From Patescibacteria group bacterium (GTDB lineage Bacteria; Patescibacteriota; UBA1384; XYA2-FULL-43-10), in contig JBAYVT010000002.1 in assembly GCA_041674405.1 (NCBI GenBank), positions 23,158 to 87,157 on the forward strand: a stretch of 64,000 nucleotides of DNA, read 5' to 3'. Under the pieces are notes generated by a model. The model had not been told where the DNA came from and made no database searches. It was given only the letters and a program-made list of their open reading frames with translations. Below, in pieces: positions 63,007 through 64,000 of the stretch (position 1 is its first letter; every line of letters begins with the position of its first letter). The position numbers and the translations under genes were made by a program.

Positions 63007-64000
63007 TTATCCCATTAATTTTGTTAAATCAGTACCGATCATCTCCCCTGGCATTGCAATCTCCATGACAGATAAAATTGTGGAGGCAACATCGGCAAGA
63101 ATCCCCGTCGGTCCTTCAGAAGAATATTTTATCAAATCTTCATGCTTGAATAAAATATCGTTACTAAATAAAAGTGGCTTTTTCAAAAAATCCATTGAAA
63201 CAAAGGGTACGGGATTGGTCGTATGTTCTTTGTTTACCTCACCCGTGATCGGGTCAATCATATTTTCACAATTTCCATGATCAGCCGTAAGAAATACAAA
63301 ATATCCATTTTCCGATGCTTTCAAAAGCATTTTTTTAAGACAAGAGTCAATCGCCTCGCATGCTTTTACCGATGCCCCAAGCATTCCTGTGTGCCCAACC
63401 ATGTCCCCGTTTGCAAAATTCACAAGTATGAAGTCTTCCTTTGCTGACAGGGCAGAAATAACTTTTTCGCTCACGCCAGAAGCCGACATTTCAGGTTTTT
63501 TATCATATGTTGGCACTTTTGGAGATGGCACGACTATATCATTCTCGTTTTTGTGCGGCTTTTCTACCCCACCATTGAAAAAATAAGTCACATGAGGATA
63601 CTTTTCAGTCTCAGCAGTATGAAATTGCTTAAGCCCAGACTCGGAAATAATGTCAGAAAAGGTATTTTTTAGATTTGTAGGCTTAAAAATTACCGGTAGG
63701 CCATACCTTGCATCATATTCTGTCATTGTAGCGATATTAAGCGGCGTAATTTTGTTTCGGCGAAAACCATTAAATTCAAAACTTGAGAAGGCCTCGAGGA
63801 GTTGGCGAACGCGATCTACGCGAAAATTGTAGAAAATTATCGTGTCACCGTGCTCGATCAAACCAGTTTTATCTATTACGCAAGGCTCAATAAACTCGTC
63901 AAATATCTGATTATCATAACTATCCTTGATCGCCTCAAGAACCGAAGAAAATTCTTTCCCCTTCCCTTCGGTCATCAGGCGATAAGCTTTTTCGGTACGT
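63007..64000 (-). CDS. Second, divergent 2,3-BPG-independent phosphoglycerate mutase paralogue (partial; N-terminus beyond the window)
   Basis: HTAETEKYPHVTYFFNGGVE...FANGDMVGHTG...TADHGNCE. Open frame to the window edge. Confidence 0.75.
   Translation of the reverse strand, partial: RTEKAYRLMTEGKGKEFSSVLEAIKDSYDNQIFDEFIEPCVIDKTGLIEHGDTIIFYNFRVDRVRQLLEAFSSFEFNGFRRNKITPLNIATMTEYDARYGLPVIFKPTNLKNTFSDIISESGLKQFHTAETEKYPHVTYFFNGGVEKPHKNENDIVVPSPKVPTYDKKPEMSASGVSEKVISALSAKEDFILVNFANGDMVGHTGMLGASVKACEAIDSCLKKMLLKASENGYFVFLTADHGNCENMIDPITGEVNKEHTTNPVPFVSMDFLKKPLLFSNDILFKHEDLIKYSSEGPTGILADVASTILSVMEIAMPGEMIGTDLTKLMG

Overview
This is a gene-dense, low-GC bacterial chromosomal window, roughly 35-40% GC by eye, with about 75 genes, mostly on the minus strand. 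Gene content and architecture look like an ultra-small Patescibacteria/CPR-type genome, though that is an inference. The signs are small translationally coupled operons, a shortened UvrC and ProRS, ribosomal proteins with tails, a cytosolic group-3b-like [NiFe] hydrogenase, and a partial glycolysis scattered in small clusters.

Recognisable content:
- Lower glycolysis: eno, a methyltransferase, gpmI; then pfkB-like kinase, fba, pgk; then gap and tpiA. A second divergent gpmI sits at the 3' edge.
- Cell wall: murF-ddl.
- Protein quality control: clpP, tig, htrA, htpX, rseP, ctpA.
- Translation: rpsB-tsf-frr, tRNA-Ile, rpmE, prfA-prmC, proS, gatCAB.
- A four-subunit hydrogenase operon (FeS/FAD-NAD/small/large), lone hypC, ligA, purF, sodA.
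- An FtsE-FtsX-PcsB-like CHAP-S41 protease module.

Most anomalous elements:
- (1) A ~1.25 kb two-ORF cassette at about 49.44-50.71 kb. The ORF bodies are about 55-60% GC with high GC3, yet they sit between host-like AT-rich sigma70 promoters, SD sites and hairpin terminators. Both proteins are unrecognisable.
- (2) A similar GC-rich 50-aa ORF with a perfect 14-bp hairpin upstream of tig.
- (3) An APH/choline-kinase-fold kinase translationally coupled (ATGA) between the small and large hydrogenase subunits. The large subunit ends exactly at the DPCxxCxxH histidine.
- (4) A bacterial SET-domain protein next to a 56-aa Cys-rich peptide and a structured spacer.
- (5) An RHH-like N-terminal extension on a sugar nucleotidyltransferase paired with a GHMP kinase.
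- (6) A ~180-nt promoter-driven structured RNA upstream of tRNA-Ile.

No CRISPR array, transposase, integrase or rRNA was found.
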